From Delftia acidovorans NBRC 14950 (GTDB lineage Bacteria > Pseudomonadota > Gammaproteobacteria > Burkholderiales > Burkholderiaceae_C): DNA of 32,000 bases. The notes under the pieces were generated by a model that saw only the letters and a list, made by a program, of their open reading frames with translations, was not told the DNA's origin and did no database searches. The translations under genes and the position numbers were made by a program. How positions within the stretch are numbered: the stretch's first letter is position 1; every line of letters begins with the position of its first letter. Shown piece by piece: positions 8,642 to 16,733 of the stretch. The stretch is taken from positions 450,001-482,000 of the forward strand of contig NZ_BCZP01000001.1 in NCBI RefSeq assembly GCF_001598795.1, given 5' to 3'.

Positions 8642-9708
8642 GCAGGCTGGGCGGCGCCGCGCCCGGCGTGGCGTGCGCAGATCAGGCCGAGGATTTCGAA
8701 CATCATCTGCGCGCCCGCATGGGCGGTGTTGGTGGTGGCGTCGTAGGCTGGAGACACCTCGACCACATCGCCGCCCACGATGTGGATGCCGGCCAGGCCG
8801 CGCACTATGGCTTGTGCCTCGCGCACGGTGAGTCCACCGACCTCGGGCGTGCCCGTGCCGGGCGCAAAGGCCGGGTCCAGGCAGTCGATGTCGAAGGAGA
8901 CGTAGACGGGCGCATCGCCCACCACCTCGCGTGCGCGGGCAATGACGCCGTCCACGCCCAGCGCGGGAATGTCTTCGGCATGGATCACGGTCATGCCCGA
9001 CTCATAGGAAAACTCCCAGAGATATTCGGCCGCGCCGCGTATGCCGATCTGAATGGTCCGCGTGGGGTCGAGCACGCCGTCCAGCACGGCCTGGCGAAAG
9101 GGCCCGCCGTGGTGAAAGCGGCTGCCGTCGAAGGGGCCCCCGGTGTCGCAGTGGGCGTCGAAATGCACCAGGGCCAGTGGCCGCTCGCGGCCCAGCGCCC
9201 GCAGTATGGGCAGGGTGATGGAGTGGTCTCCGCCCGCAGACAGCGGAATCACGCCGGCCGCATGGATCTTTGCGAAGGTCGACTCTATGTCGCGGTGCGA
9301 CTGCTCCAGGCTGTAGCGGCTGGACAGCGGCACGTCGCCGATGTCCGCCACGCGCAGCTCGCGTGTGGGAGTGGATCGAAGCATATGGTTGTAGGGGCCC
9401 ACGCGTTCGATGGAACGCAGGGCACGGGGGCCGAAGCGGCAGCCGCTGCGGTTGCTGATGCCCAGGTCCATGGGCACGCCGATCAGTGCGGCCTGGAGGT
9501 CGCCAAACTCCGGGCGGCTCCAGTCCATGGGACGCATGGGCGCGTCCAGCAGCGTGGGCATGCCTGCGTAGGGCGCGTTGCGCGTGCCGCTGGCGTCGAT
9601 GATGTGGGCGGCCACGGCGCGGAAATGCGGGTCGTGGATCACGGACTCGTTGGCGCCGCCGAAGCGTGCGCGCAGCGCCTGCAGCCTGTCTGGTGTGAAA
9701 AGCGTCAT
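8638..9708 (-). CDS. Arginase-family Mn ureohydrolase (agmatinase / guanidino-acid hydrolase type)
   Basis: GGAG 6 nt before ATG 9708. All metal-binding motifs are present: HFDAHCDT, GGDHSIT, SFDIDCLDPAFAPGTGTPEVGGL, DVVEVSPAYD. Confidence 0.9.
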   Translation of the reverse strand: MTLFTPDRLQALRARFGGANESVIHDPHFRAVAAHIIDASGTRNAPYAGMPTLLDAPMRPMDWSRPEFGDLQAALIGVPMDLGISNRSGCRFGPRALRSIERVGPYNHMLRSTPTRELRVADIGDVPLSSRYSLEQSHRDIESTFAKIHAAGVIPLSAGGDHSITLPILRALGRERPLALVHFDAHCDTGGPFDGSRFHHGGPFRQAVLDGVLDPTRTIQIGIRGAAEYLWEFSYESGMTVIHAEDIPALGVDGVIARAREVVGDAPVYVSFDIDCLDPAFAPGTGTPEVGGLTVREAQAIVRGLAGIHIVGGDVVEVSPAYDATTNTAHAGAQMMFEILGLICARHAGRGAAQPA

Positions 9709-9732
9709 GTCGTCTCCGATTCAGTGCCGGGA

Positions 9733-11121
9733 TCAGGATTGAATGCCCGACAGCGAACGCTGCTGCGTGCGCTGCGCCAGGCTGATGAGGATGAAGCTGG
9801 CCGTGCTCACGGCCAGGCTGGCATAGATGGGCGTGTTGGCGGCCAGGCCGTCCCTGACCATGAAGGCGACGGCCGTGGCGCAGCCCAGCAGCATGCTGGC
9901 GATGGCACCCGCCGTGGTGGCCCGGCGCCAGTAGATGGCGCCGATCAGCGGCACCAGCATGCCGCCCACCAGCAGGTTGTAGGCGGTGGTCAGGGCATTG
10001 AGCACATCGTCCACCACCAGGGCGATGCCGAGCACGGCCAGCCCCACCAGCAGCGTCAGCAGCCGGTGCCAGCGCACATCGACCAGCGGCCGGCCGCCCC
10101 GCAGCAGGGGCACGAGGTCCTCGGCCAGCACGGTGGAGCCGGCCAGCATGGCGGCGCTGGCGGTGGACATCATGGCCGCCAGTGCGGCAGCGATCACCAG
10201 GCCGCGGATGCCGTCCGGCAGGCTGGCCTGCACGATGGCGGCAAAGGCGTTGTTGGCGTTGTCCAGGTCCGGCAGCAGCACGCGCGCTGTCATGCCCACC
10301 AGGGCGCCGACCAGTCCGTAGACCACGCAGTACACGCCGGCGAGGCTGCCCGCCACGGCGGCCACCCGTTCGCTGCGGGCCGTGAACACGCGCTGCCACA
10401 CGTCCTGGCCGATCATGATTCCGAAGAAATAGATGACGAAGTAGGTGGCGATGGTGTCCCAGCCGATGTGGGTGACATCGAAGCTGGACGCAGGCAGTTG
10501 TGCAACCAGCTGGTCCCAGCCACCCACGCGGTACAGGCAGATGGGCAGCAGGATCAGCATCAGGCCCGCGGTCTTGATCACGAACTGCACGATGTCCGTC
10601 AGCGTCAGCGACCACATGCCGCCCACGGCCGAGTAGATGACCACGACGCCCCCGCCCACCAGGATGGAGATCCACAGCGGCAGGTCGAACAGCACCTGCA
10701 TCACGGTGCCGATGGCGATCACCGACGTGGCCGCCAGCATCAGCGAGTAGGCCAGCATCACCAGGGCGCTGGCCTGCTTGGTGCGGGCGCTGTAGCGCCG
10801 CTCCAGCACCTGGGTCACGGTGCAGATGCGCAGCCTGAGCAGGGGCTTGGCCAGGAACAGGTTGAGCACCAGCAGGCCCGCGCCCAGCGCCGCGCAAAGC
10901 CAGAATCCGGAGATGCCGTACACATAGCCCAGCCGCACCGTGCCCACGGTGCTTGCGCCGCCTATCACCGTGGCGGCCATGGTGCCCATGTACAGGCCCG
11001 GCCCGAGGTTGCGGCCGGCCACGAGAAAGTCCTCCTGCGTCTTCGCGCGGCGCATGCCGTACCAGCCCAGCAGCAGCATGGCCGCCGCGTAGATCACCAC
11101 GACCGAGATATCGAGCAACAT
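9733..11121 (-). CDS. Sodium:solute symporter family (SSF) transporter
   Basis: GGGAG RBS then ATG 11121 (MLLDISVVVIYAAAMLLLGWYG...). FLVAGRNLGPGLYMGTMAATVIGGASTVG is SSF-like. About 13 hydrophobic spans. Only 24 bp upstream of the ureohydrolase on the same strand. Confidence 0.85.
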   Translation of the reverse strand: MLLDISVVVIYAAAMLLLGWYGMRRAKTQEDFLVAGRNLGPGLYMGTMAATVIGGASTVGTVRLGYVYGISGFWLCAALGAGLLVLNLFLAKPLLRLRICTVTQVLERRYSARTKQASALVMLAYSLMLAATSVIAIGTVMQVLFDLPLWISILVGGGVVVIYSAVGGMWSLTLTDIVQFVIKTAGLMLILLPICLYRVGGWDQLVAQLPASSFDVTHIGWDTIATYFVIYFFGIMIGQDVWQRVFTARSERVAAVAGSLAGVYCVVYGLVGALVGMTARVLLPDLDNANNAFAAIVQASLPDGIRGLVIAAALAAMMSTASAAMLAGSTVLAEDLVPLLRGGRPLVDVRWHRLLTLLVGLAVLGIALVVDDVLNALTTAYNLLVGGMLVPLIGAIYWRRATTAGAIASMLLGCATAVAFMVRDGLAANTPIYASLAVSTASFILISLAQRTQQRSLSGIQS

Positions 11122-11315
11122 GGTTTGTCTCCCTTTTGTTGCGGCCCTGTTGGCAGGGGCCTCTTGAAACAGCGGTATCCATGGAAGTGAATTCCCTGGC
11201 CCACCCCTCTTGTTCTGTATTGCAGTCCCTCTTTGTTCAATCCAGATGTGCTGCAACAGCCGTGGATGCTAGACAGCAGCCCGGATTGCATCCATTTCAA
11301 GTTCCATTTACAAAC

Positions 11316-11331
11316 ATCGATAAGAATCGAT
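11316..11331. promoter_or_regulatory. ATCGAT-N4-ATCGAT dyad in the lysR/symporter divergent intergenic region (candidate LysR-type operator)
   Basis: ATCGATAAGAATCGAT, 21 nt upstream of the LysR start codon, in the lowest-GC part of the 230-bp intergenic region. Confidence 0.3.
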
Positions 11332-11351
11332 CTTTTCCGAGTGAAAACCCC

Positions 11352-12245
11352 ATGCTCCATACCGTTTCAGATCTGGACCTGCGGCTGCTGCGCGTGTTTC
11401 TGGCCATCGTTGACGCGGGCGGCGTGTCGGCGGCGCAGGCCAGCCTTGGCGTAGGGCAGTCCACGCTCAGCAGTCAGCTGTCCACACTGGAGACGCGGCT
11501 GGGTTTCAGTTTGTGCGAACGCGGGCGCGGCGGCTTTCGCCTGACGGCCAAGGGTCGGCGCTTCGTCGATATGGCTCGCACCGCCCTGCAGGGACTGGAA
11601 GGCTTCAGTGCGCAGGCGCGCAACATGCACCGGCAACTGGTCGGCAGCCTGGCCATCGGCCTGATCGGCAATGCACCCATGGAATACAACGCGCTGATGG
11701 GGCGGGCCATACAGCGCTTTCGCCAGCGCGACGAGGCCGTGCGCCTGTCGGTGCTGGTGCGCGGGCCGCGCGAGCTGGAAGAGATGCTGCTGCGCGATGA
11801 GCTCCAGGTCGCCGTGGGCTATTTCCTGCACCGTGCGCCGGCGCTGGAATACACGCTGCTGTTCAGCGAAAGGCAGGTGGCCTATTGCAGCGCCAGCCAT
11901 CCATTTGCCGCACGCGCGGGCCGCATCGGCGCGCAGGAGGCGGGCGAGGCCGACTGGACCTGGCGGACCTATCCGCTGCCCCAGGCACCGCTGACGGGGC
12001 GCCCGCGCCATGTCACCTCAGAGGCGGACAACATGGAGGCGGCCGCCATCCTCATCCTGTCAGGCGCCCACCTGGGCTACCTGCCAGAGCACTACGCGGC
12101 GCCCTATGTGGCTGCCGGCCTGCTGCATGCGCTGGACGAATCCCTCTTCAGCTATGACGTGGACATCACCATGGTGGCCAAGAAGCGCGCACGCCAGGAC
12201 GACATCACGGCCGCCTTCACGGACGACATGCGTGCCGTGCTGTAG
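11352..12245 (+). CDS. LysR-family transcriptional regulator
   Basis: N-terminal wHTH LRLLRVFLAIVDAGGVSAAQASLGVGQSTLSSQLSTLETRLGFSLCER. 297 aa. Divergent from the symporter-ureohydrolase pair. Confidence 0.9.
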   Translation: MLHTVSDLDLRLLRVFLAIVDAGGVSAAQASLGVGQSTLSSQLSTLETRLGFSLCERGRGGFRLTAKGRRFVDMARTALQGLEGFSAQARNMHRQLVGSLAIGLIGNAPMEYNALMGRAIQRFRQRDEAVRLSVLVRGPRELEEMLLRDELQVAVGYFLHRAPALEYTLLFSERQVAYCSASHPFAARAGRIGAQEAGEADWTWRTYPLPQAPLTGRPRHVTSEADNMEAAAILILSGAHLGYLPEHYAAPYVAAGLLHALDESLFSYDVDITMVAKKRARQDDITAAFTDDMRAVL

Positions 12246-12249
12246 GGGC

Positions 12250-12265
12250 GCCGCGGCACCGCGGC
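12250..12265. terminator. GC hairpin between convergent lysR and AEC transporter stops
   Basis: GCCGCGG CA CCGCGGC fills most of the 21-bp gap. No T-tract, so function is uncertain. Confidence 0.25.
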
Positions 12266-12266
12266 A

Positions 12267-13175
12267 TCAGTACTGCAGCAGGCTCAGCGCAAAGGGCAGG
12301 CTGAGCACGCCCAGCAGCGTGGACAGCGTGACCAGCCCCGCCACGTACGAGCCGTTGTAGCCCATGCGTGCGGCCAGCACATAGCACGACGATGCGGTGG
12401 GCAGGGCCGAGAAGGCCATGAGGATCAGGGCCTGCGCACCGCTCAGGCCAAACGCCCGCACCATGGCATAGGCGATCAGCGGCTGCACCAGATGCCGCAC
12501 GGCCAGCAGGCACACGGCCAGCAGCTTGCCGGCGGCCAGCGCGCCGAACTGCATGCCGGCGCCGGCCGACATCAGGCCCAGCGCGATGGAGGCTGCGCCT
12601 ATGCGGGAGATCGACGGCTCGATCAGCGCCGGCAGCTTCAGCCCCAGCGCGCTGAACACCAGGCCCGACAGCGTGCCCACGATCAGCGGATTGCGCACCA
12701 GCTGGCCCAGGAAATGCTGGTTGCTCCCGCGCGCCATGGGCCAGACGGCCGCGATATTGCATAGCGGCACGCTCACGCCGATCAGCACCGAGATGAACAG
12801 CAGGCCCTCAGGCCCCGCCAGCCGGCTGGCCAGCGCCAGGCCGATGAAGGAGTTGAAGCGAAACGCCACCTGCACGGCGCCGGCATGCTCGCGCACATCG
12901 ATGCGGCCGCGCAGGCCCGGCCACCAGGGCAGGCTGTAGGCCAGGGCAATGCCCACCAGGGCCGCGCACACGCCAGCGGCCAGCAAGTGGGAGGTGGCAC
13001 CCCAGTCCACCGGGCTCTTGACGATGGAGTGGAACAGCAGCACCGGGAACAGCAGGTAGTACACCAGCGCCTCCACCGCCTGCCAGACCGTGCGGTTGAG
13101 CTGTGTGAAGCGGCACAGCACGTAGCCAAGCACGATGAGCGAAAAATCGGGGAAGAGCAGCACGGCGTAGTTCAC
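12267..13175 (-). CDS. AEC (auxin efflux carrier) family membrane transporter
   Basis: About 10 hydrophobic spans. Start taken at GTG 13175, giving (M)NYAVLLFPDFSLIVLGYVL, a typical AEC N-terminus. TTG 13196 is an alternative. The remaining 5' part of the 589-aa track ORF is antisense to the Bug gene. Confidence 0.8.
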   Translation of the reverse strand: MNYAVLLFPDFSLIVLGYVLCRFTQLNRTVWQAVEALVYYLLFPVLLFHSIVKSPVDWGATSHLLAAGVCAALVGIALAYSLPWWPGLRGRIDVREHAGAVQVAFRFNSFIGLALASRLAGPEGLLFISVLIGVSVPLCNIAAVWPMARGSNQHFLGQLVRNPLIVGTLSGLVFSALGLKLPALIEPSISRIGAASIALGLMSAGAGMQFGALAAGKLLAVCLLAVRHLVQPLIAYAMVRAFGLSGAQALILMAFSALPTASSCYVLAARMGYNGSYVAGLVTLSTLLGVLSLPFALSLLQY

Positions 13176-13502
13176 GAGGGCAGAGCATAAGCGCAACCCC
13201 GCAGTCGCCGCGTCTCCCGAGAAACCATGGCGCGAGGCTAGGGGTAAACACCGGGAAATCAGTGCTGCGACAAACTGTGACAACCGGGCCCCGGGCCTTA
13301 GCATCGCTGGGGTCCACACAGCCGATCCGAAAGCGCAGGTCCTGACGACCGTCAAGCGCGCAGCGGGCTCCAGGCCCCACCATGGCTGTTCCGTGGCAGC
13401 GTTTGCGAGCCTTCGTTTCGCAGACCATCCATCCGCAGGCACGGCCTTGCGGATGTCCATGAAACCTTCTTCGTCAACACGACCCCCAAAAGGAGATCTT
13501 GT

Positions 13503-14465
13503 ATGAATCGTCGCAGCTGGATGGGCCTGACCCTGGTCCTCGCAAGCACCGGAGCCCTGGCCCAGGCCTATCCCACCAAGCCGATCAAGCTGGTGGTGCC
13601 CTTCGCCCCCGGTGGCACGACCGACATCATCGCCCGCGTGATCGCCGAACCCCTGACCAAAGAACTGGGCCAGCCCGTGGTGGTGGACAACCGCGGCGGT
13701 GGCGGTGGCGTGATCGGCGCCATGGAAACCGCGCGCTCGCAGCCCGATGGCTACAGCCTGGGCATCGCCACGGTCTCGACCACGGCGACCAACCCCGCGA
13801 TCAACCCCAAGATCTCGTACAACACGCTGACGGACTTCACGCCCATCATCAACGTGGCGGCCACGCCCAACGTGATTGCGGTGAACCCCAAGTTCCCCGC
13901 CAAGGACTACAAGAGCTTCGAGGCCGAACTCAAGAAGTCCCAGGGCAAGTACTCCTATGCCTCCTCGGGCACGGGCGGCATCCAGCACATGCTGATGGAG
14001 CTGTACAAGAGCCTGACCAACACCTTCGTCACCCACATCCCCTACCGCGGTGCGGGCCCTGCGCTCAACGACGTGGTGGCGGGCCAGGTGCCTATGGTGC
14101 TGGACAACCTGCCCTCGGCCCTGCCGTTCATCAAGGACAACCGCCTGGTGCCCATCGTGGTGGCCGCGCCCCAGCGCCTGGCCGTGCTGCCCAATGTGCC
14201 CACCTTCAAGGAAGTGGGCCTGGAGCCGGTGAACCGCATGGCCTACTACGGCATCCTGGGCCCCAAGAACATGCCCAAGGACGTGGTGGACAAGATCAAC
14301 GCCGCCGTGCGCAAGGTGCTGCAGGACCCGGCCGTGCGCAAGCGCATCGAGGACACGGGCTCCCTGGTCATCGGCAACTCGCCTGAAGAGTTCGCCAAGC
14401 AGATCAAGGACGAGTACGAGACGTACAAGAAGGTGGTTGCTCAGCAGAAACTCACGCTGGAGTAA
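13503..14465 (+). CDS. Bug-family (TctC-like) periplasmic tripartite tricarboxylate transporter substrate-binding protein
   Basis: AGGAG RBS (13491-13495). Signal peptide ...STGALAQA. Family motifs [24 protein letters not shown] and [13 protein letters not shown]. Confidence 0.9.
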   Translation: MNRRSWMGLTLVLASTGALAQAYPTKPIKLVVPFAPGGTTDIIARVIAEPLTKELGQPVVVDNRGGGGGVIGAMETARSQPDGYSLGIATVSTTATNPAINPKISYNTLTDFTPIINVAATPNVIAVNPKFPAKDYKSFEAELKKSQGKYSYASSGTGGIQHMLMELYKSLTNTFVTHIPYRGAGPALNDVVAGQVPMVLDNLPSALPFIKDNRLVPIVVAAPQRLAVLPNVPTFKEVGLEPVNRMAYYGILGPKNMPKDVVDKINAAVRKVLQDPAVRKRIEDTGSLVIGNSPEEFAKQIKDEYETYKKVVAQQKLTLE

Positions 14466-14490
14466 GCACCGCCTTGAGCGGTTGGCTCAG

Positions 14491-14524
14491 AACCCGAGGC
14501 TGCTTGCGGACCTCGGGTTTTTTC
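14491..14524 (+). terminator. Rho-independent terminator after the first Bug gene
   Basis: AACCCGAGG (14491-14499) / CCTCGGGTT (14511-14519), followed by a T-run to 14523. Confidence 0.8.
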
Positions 14525-14541
14525 GTTGTAGGCTTGATGGG

Positions 14542-15525
14542 ATGTCCCAAGTGCCTGTTGCTTCCATCGCTTCCCCATCGGCTGCCGAAGCCGAATCTGC
14601 TGCCGATCCTGCATCCTGGCCGGCGCCGCTGCCGGCCAGCCTGGATGCGCTGGACCTGTTCATGGATGCGCTGCTGCTGGAGGACGGGCTGTCGCGCAAT
14701 ACGCTGGCGGCCTATCGCCGGGATCTGACGGCCTGGGGGCGGTGGCTGGCGCACCAGCAGCCGCCGCTGGCGCTGGATGCGGCGGGCGAGCTGGAGCTGC
14801 AGGGCTATTTCGCGGTGCGGGTGGAGCAGACCAAGGCCAGTTCTTCCAACCGGCGGCTGACGGTGCTGCGCCGCTACTACCACTGGGCGCTGCGCGAGCA
14901 GCGCATTGCCGCCGATCCCACGGCACGCATGCTGGCGGCCCGGCAGCCGCCGCGCGTGCCGCATACGCTGACGCAGGCGCAGGTGGAGGCGCTGCTCAGG
15001 GCGCCCGATGTCGATACGCCACTGGGCCTGCGTGACCGCGCCATGCTGGAGCTGATGTATGCCAGCGGCCTGCGCGTGAGCGAGCTGGTGGATCTGCCCT
15101 TGCATGGCATCGATCTGCGCTCGGGCGTGTTGCGCGTGACGGGCAAGGGGCAAAAGGAAAGGCTGGTGCCCTTCGGCCAGGAGGCGCACTGGTGGCTGGA
15201 GCGCTACCTGGCCACGGCGCGCGGTGCCATCCTGGGCGGGCAGCGCAGCGATGCGGTCTTCGTGACCCAGCGCGGGGCTGCCATGAGCCGCGTGATGTTC
15301 TGGGTCATCGTCAAGCGCTGCGCGCAGGTTGCGGGCGTCACGGCACCGCTGTCGCCGCACACGCTGCGCCATGCCTTCGCCACCCACCTGCTCAACCATG
15401 GCGCAGACCTGCGCGTGGTGCAGATGCTGCTGGGCCATGCCGACATCTCCACCACCACCATCTACACCCATGTGGCGCGCGAGCGGCTCAAGGCATTGCA
15501 CGCTTTGCACCATCCGCGTGGTTGA
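14542..15525 (+). CDS. xerD: Site-specific tyrosine recombinase XerD
   Basis: FMDALLLEDGLSRNTLAAYRRDL is a XerD-type N-domain. Catalytic block LSPHTLRHAFATHLLNHGADLRVVQMLLGHADISTTTIYTHV. Carries an Ala/Pro/Ser-rich N-terminal extension of about 25-30 aa relative to E. coli XerD. Confidence 0.9.
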   Translation: MSQVPVASIASPSAAEAESAADPASWPAPLPASLDALDLFMDALLLEDGLSRNTLAAYRRDLTAWGRWLAHQQPPLALDAAGELELQGYFAVRVEQTKASSSNRRLTVLRRYYHWALREQRIAADPTARMLAARQPPRVPHTLTQAQVEALLRAPDVDTPLGLRDRAMLELMYASGLRVSELVDLPLHGIDLRSGVLRVTGKGQKERLVPFGQEAHWWLERYLATARGAILGGQRSDAVFVTQRGAAMSRVMFWVIVKRCAQVAGVTAPLSPHTLRHAFATHLLNHGADLRVVQMLLGHADISTTTIYTHVARERLKALHALHHPRG

Positions 15526-15656
15526 TTGGGTGTGGAGGGTTCGCCGGTTTGGGTGTTTCTGCCGTTGAAATCGTCGAAGTGGCAAAGCCTGTCCCGGGGA
15601 TATGCGCTTTGCAGAACAATCACCGCCGTGTTCGATGTGTTTCTGCGGAGTTTTCG

Positions 15657-16655
15657 ATGACTGATTTCCTGCGCCGGCATGTGCTGGTGACTTCCATGCT
15701 GGCGGCGACGGTCGCTGCTGCGGCCTTGCCGATGTCCGCGTCGGCCGCCGATGCCGCCTGGCCCAGCCGGCCCATCCGCGTGGTGGTTTCCTATCCGGCC
15801 GGTGGCGTCAGCGACGTGGTGGCACGCGCCCTGGGCGAGAAGCTGGCCGCCCGCCTGGGCCAGCCCGTGGTGGTGGACAACAAGGCCGGCGCCGGCGGCG
15901 CCATCGGCCTGGACCTGGTGGCCAAGGCCGCACCTGATGGCTATACGCTGGGCTTTTCCTCCATCAGCCCGCTGACGCTGAGCCCGCACCTGGGCAAGCC
16001 GCTGTTCGATCCGCAGCGCGATCTCGTGCCCGTGACCAGCGTGATGTATTCGCCCGTGCTGCTGCTGGGCACGGCCCGCTCCACGGCGACCGATTTCAAG
16101 GCACTGGTGGCGCAGGCCAAGGCCCAGCCCGGCGAAGTCCGCTGGGCCACGGCCGGCCTGGCCTCGCTGGGCCACATCATGCTCGAGCAGATCATGTATG
16201 CCTCGCAGGCCAAGATCACGCACATTCCCTACAAGGGCGGCGGCCAGCAGCTCAATGATGGCCTGAGCGCCCAGTTCGAGGTGCTCTCCACCAACGCCGG
16301 GCCGGCCGTGCTGCAGCACATCAAGGCGGGCAAGCTCAAGGCCCTGGCCGTGGGCGCCCCCCAGCGCCTGGAGTCGCTGCCCGGCGTGCCCACGCTGGCC
16401 GAACTGGGCTACAAGAGCGCCAACATGACCTCGGTGTTCGGCATCTTCGCGCCCGCAGGAACGCCCGCGCCCGTGCTGCAAAGGCTCAATGCCGAGATCA
16501 ACCAGGTGCTGACCCAGCCCGACATGCGTGCCAAGCTGGAGGCCACCGACAACGTGGCCACGGGCGGCAAGGCCGAGGATTTCGCGCGCCAGATCGAGGC
16601 CGAGTCCCAGTCCAACGCGCGCATCATCCAGGCTGCAGGCATCAAGCTGAACTGA
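15657..16655 (+). CDS. Bug-family (TctC-like) periplasmic substrate-binding protein, second copy
   Basis: Signal peptide ending ...PMSASAADA. Motifs WPSRPIRVVVSYPAGGVSDVVARA and QPVVVDNKAGAGGAIG. Confidence 0.9.
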   Translation: MTDFLRRHVLVTSMLAATVAAAALPMSASAADAAWPSRPIRVVVSYPAGGVSDVVARALGEKLAARLGQPVVVDNKAGAGGAIGLDLVAKAAPDGYTLGFSSISPLTLSPHLGKPLFDPQRDLVPVTSVMYSPVLLLGTARSTATDFKALVAQAKAQPGEVRWATAGLASLGHIMLEQIMYASQAKITHIPYKGGGQQLNDGLSAQFEVLSTNAGPAVLQHIKAGKLKALAVGAPQRLESLPGVPTLAELGYKSANMTSVFGIFAPAGTPAPVLQRLNAEINQVLTQPDMRAKLEATDNVATGGKAEDFARQIEAESQSNARIIQAAGIKLN

Positions 16656-16678
16656 TACCGCTGCGGCGCGTGGCATGC

Positions 16679-16714
16679 AAAAAGGGCTTGCGGCTTCCCG
16701 GCCGCAAGCCCTTT
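16679..16714. terminator. Bidirectional rho-independent terminator between the Bug gene and the EAL-HDOD genes
   Basis: 11-bp stem GGGCTTGCGGC (16684-16694) / GCCGCAAGCCC (16701-16711), with A5 on the left and TTT on the right. Confidence 0.8.
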
Positions 16715-16733
16715 GCCATGGTGGCTGGCCCGT

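Noticed and set aside
8179-11190. 1003-aa plus-strand ORF
   Set aside because: Antisense to the ureohydrolase and SSF symporter genes. Its composition (runs of G/A/R/H/Q/D) is typical of a shadow ORF.
13394-13406. sigma54-like TGGCAG...TTGC upstream of the first Bug gene
   Set aside because: The GG and GC elements are 10 nt apart rather than the required 12, and there is no enhancer-binding protein gene nearby.
12267-14036. 589-aa ORF extending the AEC transporter upstream
   Set aside because: The transporter N-terminus (NYAVLLFPDF) begins at about 13175. The remainder crosses an intergenic region and runs antisense to the Bug gene.
14542-15525. Tyrosine recombinase as a possible marker of an integrated element or genomic island
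   Set aside because: The sequence is a full XerD-type housekeeping recombinase. There is no adjacent tRNA, direct repeats, phage/IS genes or compositional break. I also saw no AT-rich 28-bp dif-like site nearby.
15553-15645. 10-bp direct repeat GTGTTTCTGC (15553-15562 and 15636-15645) between xerD and the second Bug gene
   Set aside because: It occurs only twice, is short, and has no associated inverted repeat or structure. Chance or a minor promoter feature cannot be excluded, but there is nothing to build on.
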